The notes under the pieces are model-generated. The model saw only the letters and a program-made list of their open reading frames with translations, was not told the DNA's origin and made no database searches. Of a stretch of DNA of 64,000 nt, positions 11,418-20,556 are shown piece by piece. Position 1 is the stretch's first letter, and each line of letters opens with the position of its first letter. The DNA lies in contig WOVA01000016.1 in NCBI GenBank assembly GCA_009773155.1, positions 25,507 through 89,506 on the forward strand, read 5' to 3'. Position numbers and translations under genes: made by a program. Source of the stretch: Elusimicrobiota bacterium (lineage in GTDB: Bacteria; Elusimicrobiota; Elusimicrobia; Elusimicrobiales; UBA9959).

Positions 11418-12704
11418 TTACTTCTTGAAGCGGAAGGCCGCGTCCTTGGCGTACCTGGCCTTCTTGCCCAGCTCCTCCTCGATGCGGATGAGCTGGTTGT
11501 ACTTGCAGAGGCGCTCGCTGCGGCACGGCGCGCCCGTCTTGATGGCGCCGGCGTTGACGGCGACGGCGAGGTCCGCTATGAAGGCGTCCTCGGTCTCGCC
11601 CGAGCGGTGAGAGATCACGGTGGCGTAATCGGCCTCGTGCGCCATATTGATGACGCGAATGGTCTCGGTCAGCGAGCCGATCTGGTTGAGCTTGATGAGG
11701 ATGGCGTTGGCGATGTCCTCCTCGATGCCCCGCTTGAGGCGCTCGGGGTTGGTGACGAATAGGTCGTCGCCGACGATGCGGGCTTTCTTGCCCAGCTGCT
11801 TGGTGAAATGCTCCCAGCCTTCCCAGTCGTCCTCGGCCAGCGGGTCCTCGTAGGAGATGATCGGAAAATGCTTCTTCCAGTCCGCGTAGCGGGCCGTCAG
11901 CTGCTCGGCCGTCAGGTTGGCGCCCTCGAACATATAGCTGCCGTTCTTGTAGAACTCGCTGGCGGCGGAGTCGAAGGCTATCTGCACTTCCTTGAACGTG
12001 TAGCCGGCCTCCCTGATGGCCTTCGCGATGGTCTCGATCACGGCCTCGTGGGTGAAGATCTTGGGGGCGAAGCCGCCTTCGTCGCCGACCGCCGTGGTAT
12101 AGCCGCCCTTGGAGAGGATGGCCTTGAGCGTGTGGTAGACTTCCGCGCCCACGCGGATGGCGTCGGAGAACCTGGCCGCGCCCGTCGGGACGATCATGAA
12201 CTCCTGTATGTTGATGCCGCTGTCGGCGTGCTTGCCGCCGTTGACGATGTTGAGCATCGGGGCGGGCAGCAGGAAGTCCTTGTGCTTTATGCCGTAGGCC
12301 TTGCGGATATAGGCGTAGAGCGGCAGCCTGGCCGACTGCGCGGCCGCGCGGGCCAGCGCCATGGAGACGGAGAGGATGGCGTTGGCGCCCAGCTTGCTCT
12401 TGGTCTGCGTGCCGTCGAGCTCTATCATCTGGTCGTCGATCTTCTCCTGCTCGGCCTTGAGCCCGATGAGCTCGGGGGCGATGAGCCTGGTGACGTTCTC
12501 GACGGCTTTGAGCACGCCCTTGCCGCGGTAGCGCTTGCCGCCGTCGCGCAGTTCCAGCGCCTCGTGGGTGCCGGTGGAGGCGCCGCTGGGAACGGCGGCG
12601 CGGCCGAAGGAGCCGTCGGCCAGCAGCACGTCGGTCTCCACCGTGGGAAAGCCGCGGGAATCGAGTATCTCGCGGGAGACTATTTTTTTGATCTTGGCGT
12701 CCAT
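11418..12704 (-). CDS. eno: Enolase
   Basis: Full-length enolase ([13 protein letters not shown]..., [20 protein letters not shown]). Confidence 0.97.
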   Translation of the reverse strand: MDAKIKKIVSREILDSRGFPTVETDVLLADGSFGRAAVPSGASTGTHEALELRDGGKRYRGKGVLKAVENVTRLIAPELIGLKAEQEKIDDQMIELDGTQTKSKLGANAILSVSMALARAAAQSARLPLYAYIRKAYGIKHKDFLLPAPMLNIVNGGKHADSGINIQEFMIVPTGAARFSDAIRVGAEVYHTLKAILSKGGYTTAVGDEGGFAPKIFTHEAVIETIAKAIREAGYTFKEVQIAFDSAASEFYKNGSYMFEGANLTAEQLTARYADWKKHFPIISYEDPLAEDDWEGWEHFTKQLGKKARIVGDDLFVTNPERLKRGIEEDIANAILIKLNQIGSLTETIRVINMAHEADYATVISHRSGETEDAFIADLAVAVNAGAIKTGAPCRSERLCKYNQLIRIEEELGKKARYAKDAAFRFKK

Positions 12705-12741
12705 TGTGTTAATTCTCCTTGGGGCTGTGCCCCGTTGCTAT

Positions 12742-14238
12742 TTAAAACTTGCCGTCGGCTATCTTTTTGCCGGCGTCCGTCAGCTTGTTCAGTTTGTCCT
12801 GCGAAGAGGCCTCGGCGTAGATGCGCACCACCGGCTCGGTGCCGGAGGGGCGCAGGCCCAGCCAGGACCCGTCGCGCATGATGAACTTGAAGCCGTCGGT
12901 GTGGTCTATGCGCCAGACCGAGGAGCCGCCGATATTGAGAGGCGGCTTGGAATTCAGCCTGGCCGCCAGGGCCGGCATGTCCGCGTCCGGGCCCAGGCGC
13001 AGGTTTACGCGCGTATTGAGGAAAGTCCCGACGCGTTTGCGCAGGTCGGCCAGCACCTTGCCGAGCGGCTTGCGCTCGTAGGCGTAGAGCTCGGCCAGCA
13101 GCATGCAGGCCAGGATGCCGTCCTTCTCCGGCACGTGGTTCATGATCGACAGCCCGCCCGACTCCTCTCCGCCGATGAGGAACTGGCCGGTGCGCAGCAT
13201 ATTGCCGACGTACTTGAAGCCGACCGGGGTCTCGCGGACCTCCAGGCCGTGGCTCTTGGCCACGGCGTCGGCGAAATGTGAGGTCATGACCGAGCGGGCG
13301 ACCTTGCCCTTCATGCCGCGGTTGCGGACCAGATGGTCCAGCAGCAGCGCCAGCACGTCGTTGGGGGCTATCCAGGTGCCGTCGGAATCTATGACGCCGA
13401 AGCGGTCGCCGTCTCCGTCGCAGGCCAGGCCCAGGGCGAGCTTGCCCTTCAGCACTGCCTGCCTCAGCCCGGCCAGGTTCCCGGCGTCGGTGTCCGGCGG
13501 CTTGCCGCCGAACATGACGTCGCGGTTCTCGCGCAGCGGCACCACCGAGGCTCCCATCTTTTCCAGCGCCGGCCGCAGGTAGGTGCGGGCCGTGCCGTAG
13601 ATGGAGTCGGCCGCCACCTTGAGGCGGGCCTTCTTCAGCGCGCCGGCGTCGAGCAGCGAGTAGAGCTGGGTGAAGTAGGAGTGGTGGAAGTCCTCTTCCT
13701 TGACCAGCCCGGCGTTCTTGGCCTGGGTGAAGGGGATGAACTTGTCGCAGGCGGCTATGGTAAGCGACGAGGCCCTGGTCTCTATGTCGTTGGTGACCTC
13801 CGGGATGGCGGGGCCGCCCCAGTAAGGCGTCCATTTGAAGCCGTTGTAGTTGGCCGGGTTATGGCTGGCGGTTATCATGACGCCGCCGGCCGCGTTGGAG
13901 CGCATGACCGTCCAGGCCACCACGGGGGTGGGGGTCTCTTCCGGAGAGAAGAGCACGTTCACTCCCTCGGCGGCGAAGACCTCGGCCGCGTTGCGGGCGA
14001 ATTCCTCCGACATGTAGCGGGTGTCGTAGCCGACCACGGCCAGCGGCGAGTCGGGCGCCTTGACGCCCTTTTTTTCCAGGTGCAGCAGGTATTCCTCGCC
14101 CCTGTAGCCGTAATCCTTGTTGTCCCTGGCGTGCTGGGCCGCGGCGTGAGAGGCCCTTTTCAGATTGCTAAGCGTGAACTCCTCGGCTATGACGGCGCGC
14201 CAGCCGGAAGTCCCGAATTTGATGGCGGTGTTGCTCAT
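12742..14238 (-). CDS. Phosphoglucomutase/phosphomannomutase family protein
   Basis: Active-site loop ITASHNPANYNGFK and metal loop GLACDGDGDR. Start set at MSNTAIKFGTSGWR (14238). Confidence 0.86.
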   Translation of the reverse strand: MSNTAIKFGTSGWRAVIAEEFTLSNLKRASHAAAQHARDNKDYGYRGEEYLLHLEKKGVKAPDSPLAVVGYDTRYMSEEFARNAAEVFAAEGVNVLFSPEETPTPVVAWTVMRSNAAGGVMITASHNPANYNGFKWTPYWGGPAIPEVTNDIETRASSLTIAACDKFIPFTQAKNAGLVKEEDFHHSYFTQLYSLLDAGALKKARLKVAADSIYGTARTYLRPALEKMGASVVPLRENRDVMFGGKPPDTDAGNLAGLRQAVLKGKLALGLACDGDGDRFGVIDSDGTWIAPNDVLALLLDHLVRNRGMKGKVARSVMTSHFADAVAKSHGLEVRETPVGFKYVGNMLRTGQFLIGGEESGGLSIMNHVPEKDGILACMLLAELYAYERKPLGKVLADLRKRVGTFLNTRVNLRLGPDADMPALAARLNSKPPLNIGGSSVWRIDHTDGFKFIMRDGSWLGLRPSGTEPVVRIYAEASSQDKLNKLTDAGKKIADGKF

Positions 14239-14363
14239 GCCATGAAATATAGCAAAAAACCTTTTTGAAAGCAAAAAAGAGAGCATGGCCCGGAATTTTG
14301 GATATAATATGTCTGAATGCACCATAAGAACGCCTTTCTGGTCCTGGGCCGACTGGGGGAGCG

Positions 14364-14819
14364 GTGAACAAGCGTCTCTCATCCAAGGCGACGCAGTACC
14401 TGCTGGACGCCTCCAACTTCGCGCGCCGTTTTCCCGGCGGTCATGGGTTCTCGGCGGACCTGGCGGAGGCCGAGTTCCTGGGCTGGATAGAGGATTTGAC
14501 CGGCCTGCCGGCCTTCGCCTCCTCCGGCTTCAGGGTCTATTTCGACGGGCCTTTCCGGGAGCTGCGGTTACGGGGACACCATGCCGCATGGTGTCCCCGT
14601 AACCGGGACCAGGTCAGCGTGACTTTCAACGAGGGGCGCACCGCCGACGAAGCGCTGCTGGAGACCGGGGAATTCCTGCTTTCCTGCGGCGTGCGCGCGC
14701 TGCTGGTCACCTCGGACAGGGGGCTGCAGTCGGCGGCCGGGGTGCGCGGCATCGGCTGGCTGAGCTGCGAGGATTTCTACAAGTTATGCCGTGCCGAGCT
14801 GCGCCGGGAAAGCCGTTGA
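14364..14819 (+). CDS. YacP/Rae1-like NYN-domain protein carrying an in-frame palindrome insertion
   Basis: Blocks align by eye with B. subtilis YacP: YLLDASNF / LLVDGYN, VYFDG / VVFDA, VSVTFNEGRTADE / VEVIFTKENETADE, LVTSD / VATSD. GTG start. Confidence 0.6.
   Translation: MNKRLSSKATQYLLDASNFARRFPGGHGFSADLAEAEFLGWIEDLTGLPAFASSGFRVYFDGPFRELRLRGHHAAWCPRNRDQVSVTFNEGRTADEALLETGEFLLSCGVRALLVTSDRGLQSAAGVRGIGWLSCEDFYKLCRAELRRESR
14566..14604. repeat. 39-bp perfect palindrome of the GGGGACACC family, inside the NYN-domain CDS
   Basis: ggttacggggacaccatgc-c-gcatggtgtccccgtaacc. It spans 13 codons, roughly the RLRGHHAAWCPRNR stretch. Confidence 0.92.
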
Positions 14820-15041
14820 AAATGATAGAATCTGTCCTGTATCGCGTATAACCCGCGCGAATACCTTCGTAGTGAGCGCGGGTTCCTCTCAGGAGGGGTT
14901 CAGTGAATTTTCCACGTCTCTGATGGCGCGGAAAATTCACGACGATGAAATGGGGAACCTGGGTTCCCCTTGTAGAAGGGCCGAGCGGAGTATTCCTTTC
15001 GGAGCGAGGATCACCCGACCGAAGGGAGGGCCCGGAAGAGA

Positions 15042-15125
15042 GCCCGGGTGCTGTAACTGGTAGCCAGAGCTGACTTAAAATCAGCTGGAGTATCCTCCGT
15101 GCGGGTTCGAGTCCCGCCCCGGGCA
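15042..15125 (+). tRNA. tRNA-Leu (anticodon TAA)
   Basis: Hand fold: acceptor GCCCGGG/CCCGGGC, anticodon stem GCTGA/TCAGC with loop CTTAAAA, long variable arm (GGAG/CTCC), T-arm GCGGG-TTCGAGT-CCCGC, discriminator A. Confidence 0.9.
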
Positions 15126-15159
15126 TGAATTTAAGCGCTTTCGAAAGGAGAAAGTCATC

Positions 15160-15798
15160 ATGAATTTAGCCCCCGCCGGCTGGAAGATACTGATCGTGAC
15201 CATAGCGATAACGGGCCTGGGCGGCCTGGTCGCCTACTGGTGCAGGTGGTGCGGCGTGCCGCTGCTGGTACTGGGCCTGCTGCTCACGGCCTTCTCGGCC
15301 TACTTCTTCCGCGACCCCGAGCGGGACAGGACCTTCGGCCCCGACGACATAATCTGCCCCGCGGACGGCACCGTCCTCAGCGTGGGCCGCGAGGACGACC
15401 CCGGGGTCCTGGTCGTGCGCATCTTCCTCTCGGTCTTCAACGTGCACGTCCAGCGTGCCCCGCTGGCCGGGACGGTGGAGAAGATAAAGTACGAGAAAGG
15501 CGCTTTCGCCGTGGCCTATAAGCCCGAGGCCAGGGTCAACGAACGCAACCTCATAAGGATAAACGGCGGGAACGGCCGCTGGGCCGGCGTAGAGCAGATC
15601 ACCGGCGCCATCGCCAGGCGCATAGCCTGCTATGTGAAAGAGGGGCAGGCCGTGTCGGGCGGCGAGCGCATAGGCATGATCTATTTCGGTTCCCAGGTCG
15701 CGGTTTACCTGCCCAAGGGCTCGCGCGCGCTGGTGAAGGCGGGAGACAAGGTCGCCGGCGCCGAAACCATCCTCGGTATCTGGAAGGCTGAACGATGA
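15160..15798 (+). CDS. psd: Phosphatidylserine decarboxylase proenzyme (short type)
   Basis: N-terminal TMs, the FFRDPER motif, and a C-terminal self-cleavage-type motif IYFGSQV. Lies upstream of pssA and overlaps it. Confidence 0.85.
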   Translation: MNLAPAGWKILIVTIAITGLGGLVAYWCRWCGVPLLVLGLLLTAFSAYFFRDPERDRTFGPDDIICPADGTVLSVGREDDPGVLVVRIFLSVFNVHVQRAPLAGTVEKIKYEKGAFAVAYKPEARVNERNLIRINGGNGRWAGVEQITGAIARRIACYVKEGQAVSGGERIGMIYFGSQVAVYLPKGSRALVKAGDKVAGAETILGIWKAER

Positions 15799-16595
15799 CC
15801 GAAGAGAAGAAACGCATAGACATGGCCAGGCTCAAGAAGACCGGCGCGGTGGTGCTGCCGTCGCTGTTCACGATAGCCAACATGGCTTTCGGTTTCTTCT
15901 CCATACTGGCGGCCTCCGAGCGCGACTTCGTCCTGGCCGGCTGGTTCATAATCGCGTCCATCGTCATGGACATGCTGGACGGGCGCATCGCCAGGCTGGT
16001 GCACGGCGAGAGCTCCTTCGGCGTGGAGATAGATTCCCTTTCCGACTGGATCTCCTTCGGCATCGCGCCCGCCTACCTGATGTACAATTTCGTGCTCAAG
16101 GATTACGGCTACTGGGGTTACCCCGTGGCTTTCCTATACGTGCTCTGCGGCGCGCTGCGCCTGGCGCGCTACAACGTGAAGTCCCACTTCGGCGGCGACG
16201 CCGCCGGCCCCAACTTTCAGGGCCTGCCCATACCCGGCGCGGCGGGCATACTCGGTTCCATAGTGCTGGCCTACAGCATGCTCGAGACCGAGAGCGGCTT
16301 CCGCAGCATCAGCGCGGTGATGAAACAGATGCCGCACGTCTACGCGGCCATACCGTTCATCATGATCGGTCTCTCTCTGCTGATGGTCTCGACGGTGCCC
16401 TACGCCGCCTTCAAGAAGGACGGCGCGGTGCGTCCCGGTTCCATCAAGGGTATGCTACTCATCTTGGCGGTACTCTTCCTCATCATAAGGTACCCGCAGG
16501 ACGGCCTGTTCATTTTTTTCTCCGTCTACGCCCTCTCGGGCGTGGTCATCGGCCTGGTGCGGGCGCTTACGCCCGCCTGCAGGCAGCAGAATTAG
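15795..16595 (+). CDS. pssA: CDP-diacylglycerol--serine O-phosphatidyltransferase
   Basis: CDP-alcohol phosphatidyltransferase motif (DMLDGRIAR...GVEIDSLSD) in a multi-TM protein. Confidence 0.9.
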   Translation: MTEEKKRIDMARLKKTGAVVLPSLFTIANMAFGFFSILAASERDFVLAGWFIIASIVMDMLDGRIARLVHGESSFGVEIDSLSDWISFGIAPAYLMYNFVLKDYGYWGYPVAFLYVLCGALRLARYNVKSHFGGDAAGPNFQGLPIPGAAGILGSIVLAYSMLETESGFRSISAVMKQMPHVYAAIPFIMIGLSLLMVSTVPYAAFKKDGAVRPGSIKGMLLILAVLFLIIRYPQDGLFIFFSVYALSGVVIGLVRALTPACRQQN

Positions 16596-16629
16596 CCCGG
16601 CCGCCCGCCGGGCGGGTGAGCCGCCTCTC

Positions 16630-17274
16630 ATGGAAAAACCTTTCTCCAGGTTCCAGCATCAGAGCGGACTGGCCGCGCGCCTGCGCGAGCTGGGCGGAGA
16701 GGAAGCTACCAGTTTCCTGAACCAGAAAGAATCATTCATAAGCGCCCTGCGCGCGGCGGAGGAGCCGCTCGCCGCGCTGCAGCTGGAGTCCTGCCGCGAA
16801 GCCTGCGACCGGTTCCTCGTAAAGCTCGGCAAGGGGCGCGCCACGCCCGAGTTCGTAGCCGAGTTCAAGGACCCGCTGGACAAGCTGCTGTCGTCTAAGG
16901 ATTTCGCTCTGATGGAAGGAGGACTGCCTGGCGGTCCCGAGGTCGTGCGCTCGCGGCTGGCGGCGCTGCGGCCGCTGTCCATAGCCGGGGGCGAGCGCAC
17001 CGGGACGCTGCGCGACTCCGGGGCGGAGAGGCTGTTGTCCGAGGCCTACCGCAGGCTCGGTTTCGATTCGCTCGAGCGGGAACTGTCCGGCCGGTCCGGC
17101 GACCAGGCCTACGACGCCGTCCTGCTCAAGGCGCGGCGCGGCGTGGCCGATTACTGCAGGCTCTACCAGGTCGTGCCCTCGCCGGAGGATACTCTCCCGG
17201 CCTTCTCTCTCTCCAGGATAGACGCCGTCCTAGGCGCCTGCTACCGGCTGCTCTCGCGGCTGCGCGGGGTCTGA
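16630..17274 (+). CDS. Hypothetical protein
   Basis: A 214-aa ORF in an otherwise empty slot, with codon usage like its neighbours. I recognise no motif. Confidence 0.5.
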   Translation: MEKPFSRFQHQSGLAARLRELGGEEATSFLNQKESFISALRAAEEPLAALQLESCREACDRFLVKLGKGRATPEFVAEFKDPLDKLLSSKDFALMEGGLPGGPEVVRSRLAALRPLSIAGGERTGTLRDSGAERLLSEAYRRLGFDSLERELSGRSGDQAYDAVLLKARRGVADYCRLYQVVPSPEDTLPAFSLSRIDAVLGACYRLLSRLRGV

Positions 17275-17284
17275 AAAAGTTCCG

Positions 17285-18766
17285 TCAGGGCTTGCGGGGG
17301 AAAAGAGGCGCGGCCCGCTGCGGTTCCACGCCTCCCCGGGTGCCGCCCATGCCCATCTGCATCCTGGCGGAGGTATCTGGCATGAAGGGATAGATCCAGC
17401 CGGCGATCAGCCGCAGACACCAGACCATGTCCTTAAGGAAAGCTTCCAGCGCGGCCGGGTCGGTCCTGGCCAGCTCCCCCGGCTTCCGGGAGTCTATGCC
17501 GCTGTTCAGTTCTTCGACGGCGTCCCGGATCCTGTCCAGCGCCGAGGAGAACCTAAGCTCCTCGATGTCCAAAGCGATGTCCGCGTCCAGCGCGCGCAGC
17601 CGCGCGAAAGTCCTGGCGCTCTCTTCCTCGGGCTTATCAGGCAGTTTGCTGTCGAGATACCTGCCGGTCAGTTCTATCACGCGGGAGAAGAGGCCGCCGA
17701 GGCCGTCGGCCAGGTCCGAATCGTAGCGCTGCCGGAGGGCTTCGGTGGAAAAAACCCCGTCCTGGCCGAACGGGACCTCCCGGAAGAGGAAATAGCGCAG
17801 GGCGTCCGTGCCGTATTCCTTTATCGCTTCGGCCGGGCTTACCGCGGCGTCTCCCTGCCCGGCCGTCTCATCGCCCTCTATCGTCCACCGGCCGTGAGCG
17901 TAGACCTTGCCGGGCAGCGGCAGGCCCAGCGCCATCAGCATGGCCGGCCAGGCGACGGCGTGGGCGCGAAAGAATTCTTTCCCGGCCAGGTGGACGTCGG
18001 CCGGCCATAGGGAGCGGAACTCCGCCGTCTCCCTGTCCGCCTGCCAGCCGGCGCCGGTGAGATAGCCGAGCAGCGCGTCGAACCAGGCCTGCACGGTGTG
18101 CTTCAGGTCGGAGCGCACGGGGACGCCCCAGGCCGCTCCGGCGCGCGAGACCGGGATGTCCCGCAGACCCGACCTGACGAGATCGATTATTTCCGCGGCC
18201 CTGTGCTTCGGCGCCAGAAAGCCGGGGTGGGCGGCGTAATGCTCCAGCAGGGGCTTCTGGTATTTGGAGAGCCTGAAGAAATAAGTATCTTCGCTGACGG
18301 CCTCCGCCTTCTTCCTGTGCACGGGACAGAGTCCTCCTTCCGGCAGTTCCGTTTCGCCGTAGAAGTCATCGCAGGAGGCGCAGTAGTATCCCGAATAGGA
18401 GCCGGGGTAGATGTCGCCGGAGGCCAGCATCCGTTCGAAGGCGTCCTGCACCCCGCGCTCATGGTCCGGTCCGGTGGTGCGTGTGAAGCGGTCGTAATTA
18501 ACGTTGAGCAGCTTCCAGGCCCGCTCGAAGTCGGCCGAGATACCGTCGGCCCAATCCTTCGGCGCGCTGCCGCGCGCTGCGGCGGTACGCGCCACATCGG
18601 CGCCGTGCCCGCCTGTGCCGGTCTGGAAAAACACCTCGGTCCCGCGCGCCCGCAGGTGGCGGGCCAGCACGTCGGCGGCCAGCGTGGTGTAGGCGTGATC
18701 TATGTGCGGGCGGTGGTTTACGCGGTAGAGCGGGGTGGTGACGAAGAATTTTTTCGGCTCAGGCAT
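17285..18766 (-). CDS. metG: Methionine--tRNA ligase
   Basis: The N-terminus FFVTTPLYRVNHRPHIDHAYTTLAADVLARH matches the MetRS HIGH region. A Cys-rich insertion (CASC...CPVH) is present. Confidence 0.9.
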   Translation of the reverse strand: MPEPKKFFVTTPLYRVNHRPHIDHAYTTLAADVLARHLRARGTEVFFQTGTGGHGADVARTAAARGSAPKDWADGISADFERAWKLLNVNYDRFTRTTGPDHERGVQDAFERMLASGDIYPGSYSGYYCASCDDFYGETELPEGGLCPVHRKKAEAVSEDTYFFRLSKYQKPLLEHYAAHPGFLAPKHRAAEIIDLVRSGLRDIPVSRAGAAWGVPVRSDLKHTVQAWFDALLGYLTGAGWQADRETAEFRSLWPADVHLAGKEFFRAHAVAWPAMLMALGLPLPGKVYAHGRWTIEGDETAGQGDAAVSPAEAIKEYGTDALRYFLFREVPFGQDGVFSTEALRQRYDSDLADGLGGLFSRVIELTGRYLDSKLPDKPEEESARTFARLRALDADIALDIEELRFSSALDRIRDAVEELNSGIDSRKPGELARTDPAALEAFLKDMVWCLRLIAGWIYPFMPDTSARMQMGMGGTRGGVEPQRAAPLFPRKP

Positions 18767-19775
18767 CGGCCCGTTCCAGGTTGCGCAGGCTGATGCCGGC
18801 CCTGGCGCATTCCATCACGGCCGTCTCCACGGTTATGGAGGGGCTGGCGTTGCGGCCCAGGCAGCGCTTGAGCTCGAAAAGCCCGTCGAGGAGCCTGGTC
18901 ATGGAGGCCTTCTCCGGCCCTTCCGCCGTGCGCCAGCGCGCGGCCGAGCGGGTGACCAGGATATTGAGTATCAGGCGGGCGGTCTCGCGGGCCGTCGCCA
19001 GCTCGCGGCCCAGCTTGTCGGCCACGCGGAAAGGGGCCATCGGGTCCAGGTGGTTGAGGTCGGAAAGTTTCTCCAGCACCGCGCGCAGGTCCAGCGCGCG
19101 CTTGACCGAGCCGAAGGAGAGGCCGGCCAGGTTGTCGGCCTCGGCCAGCTCCAGGCCCTCGCGCCCCAGCACCTCGGCCACCTCGCGCCTGGCCAGGCCG
19201 CGGAAATTAACGGTGTGGCAGCGCGAGAGTATCGTCGGCAGCAGCGAGGCCCTGTTGGAGGCTATCAGGATGAAGGCCGTGTCCGGCGGCGGCTCCTCGA
19301 GCATCTTGAGTATGGCGTTCTGCGCCTCCACGGTCATGGAGGAGGCGTCGTTGATCACGAATATCTTCCAGGGCGAGAGTATGGGGCTGGAGTAGGCGCT
19401 GCGGGAGAGCTCGCGCACGGTGTCTATCTTTACGCTGCGCTGCTTCTCCTCGTCCTCGCCCAGCAGGTGCGCCTGCCAGGCGGCGTCCACCAGGCGGCAG
19501 TCGGGGTGGATGTTCTTGCCCAGCTGGAGGCAGGAGGGGCATTTGCCGCAGGCCCGGCCCGGCTCGCGGGGGGCGGGCTCGGCCGCGCCGAACAGTCCGC
19601 CCTCGTCGGCCGGCTCGCCGGTGCAGTTGAGCCCCGCCGCGAATTCCATGGCGGCCAGCCGCTTGCCTGTCCCCTCCTGGCCGTAGAAGATCATGGCCGG
19701 CGGCACGCGGCCGGAGGCGGCCAGCGCCCTCAGCGCGGCCCTCTCGCGTTCATGGCCCAGTATTTCCTTGAACAT
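18759..19775 (-). CDS. holB: DNA polymerase III subunit delta-prime
   Basis: AAA+ clamp-loader pattern (GHERERAAL...IFYGQEGTGKRLAA...C..C..C), SRC-like motif TILSRC, and the tmk-holB-metG context. Confidence 0.85.
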   Translation of the reverse strand: MFKEILGHERERAALRALAASGRVPPAMIFYGQEGTGKRLAAMEFAAGLNCTGEPADEGGLFGAAEPAPREPGRACGKCPSCLQLGKNIHPDCRLVDAAWQAHLLGEDEEKQRSVKIDTVRELSRSAYSSPILSPWKIFVINDASSMTVEAQNAILKMLEEPPPDTAFILIASNRASLLPTILSRCHTVNFRGLARREVAEVLGREGLELAEADNLAGLSFGSVKRALDLRAVLEKLSDLNHLDPMAPFRVADKLGRELATARETARLILNILVTRSAARWRTAEGPEKASMTRLLDGLFELKRCLGRNASPSITVETAVMECARAGISLRNLERADA

Positions 19776-20404
19776 CAGCGCGTCCTAAAACCCTTTTTGC
19801 GGAGCAGGGCGTTCACGGCGGAGCGGACCTGCCCGTGCACGGCCTCTATCGCCGCGGCCGCGTTCACGCGGACGACGCCGGGCCTGGCCGCCAGTTTCTT
19901 GTAAGCCCTGTTGACCTTCAGCCTGAAAGAGGCCGTCTGCAGTTCCATCCTGTCGCTGCCGCGGCATTCGCGCCGCTTGAAAACGCTGTCGGGCACGTCG
20001 AAGACTATGGTCAGGTCGGGCTTCAGGCCCATGGTGGCTATGCGGTTGAGCGTCTCCACCGTCTTCAGGTCCAGGCCGCGCCCGTAGCCCTGGTAGGCCG
20101 TCGTGGACATCGTATAGCGGTCGGAAACTATTATTTCGCCGGCTTTCAGCGCCGGCATTATGACTTTCAGCGTGTGCTTGGCGCGCGAGGTCTCGTAAAG
20201 GAAAAGTTCGGTGAGCGGTTCTATCTCGCTCTTGGGGTCCAGCAGTATGGCGCGTATCTTCTCGGAAAGATATGTCCCGCCGGGCTCGCGCGTCAGGCGC
20301 ACCTTGCGGCCCAGGCCGGTCAGCCAGTCCCGGAGCATGGCTGCCTGGGTGGATTTGCCGGAGCGGTCCGGGCCTTCGAGTACGATGAAAATCCCCCGTT
20401 TCAT
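19775..20404 (-). CDS. tmk: Thymidylate kinase
   Basis: P-loop FIVLEGPDRSGKST and the DRY motif (VSDRY). Start at MKRGIF (20404); the ORF-track extension crosses a palindrome repeat. Confidence 0.92.
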   Translation of the reverse strand: MKRGIFIVLEGPDRSGKSTQAAMLRDWLTGLGRKVRLTREPGGTYLSEKIRAILLDPKSEIEPLTELFLYETSRAKHTLKVIMPALKAGEIIVSDRYTMSTTAYQGYGRGLDLKTVETLNRIATMGLKPDLTIVFDVPDSVFKRRECRGSDRMELQTASFRLKVNRAYKKLAARPGVVRVNAAAAIEAVHGQVRSAVNALLRKKGFRTR

Positions 20405-20471
20405 TATTATATGATAGCAAAAAGGGAAAACCCCGGTTTTGCCGGGGTTTTCGGCGCGGCCGCGGCCGAAC

Positions 20472-20497
20472 GGGGCACCATGCCGCATGGTGTCCCC
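20472..20497. repeat. GGGGACACC-family palindrome copy (intergenic, tmk / rpoN-like divergent spacer)
   Basis: ggggcaccatgccgcatggtgtcccc. The left arm lacks one A. It is followed by ccccgatgccgg, as in the 50.5 kb copy. Confidence 0.8.
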
Positions 20498-20521
20498 CCC
20501 CCGATGCCGGCGCTGGTAAAT

Positions 20522-20530
20522 TGTTATAAT
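20522..20530 (+). promoter_or_regulatory. Possible extended -10 promoter (TGTTATAAT) for the rpoN-like gene
   Basis: An exact TGnTATAAT lies about 27 nt before ATG 20557. No good -35 was found. Confidence 0.3.
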
Positions 20531-20556
20531 TTTAGCGGGGGAAAAACCCCGACGAT

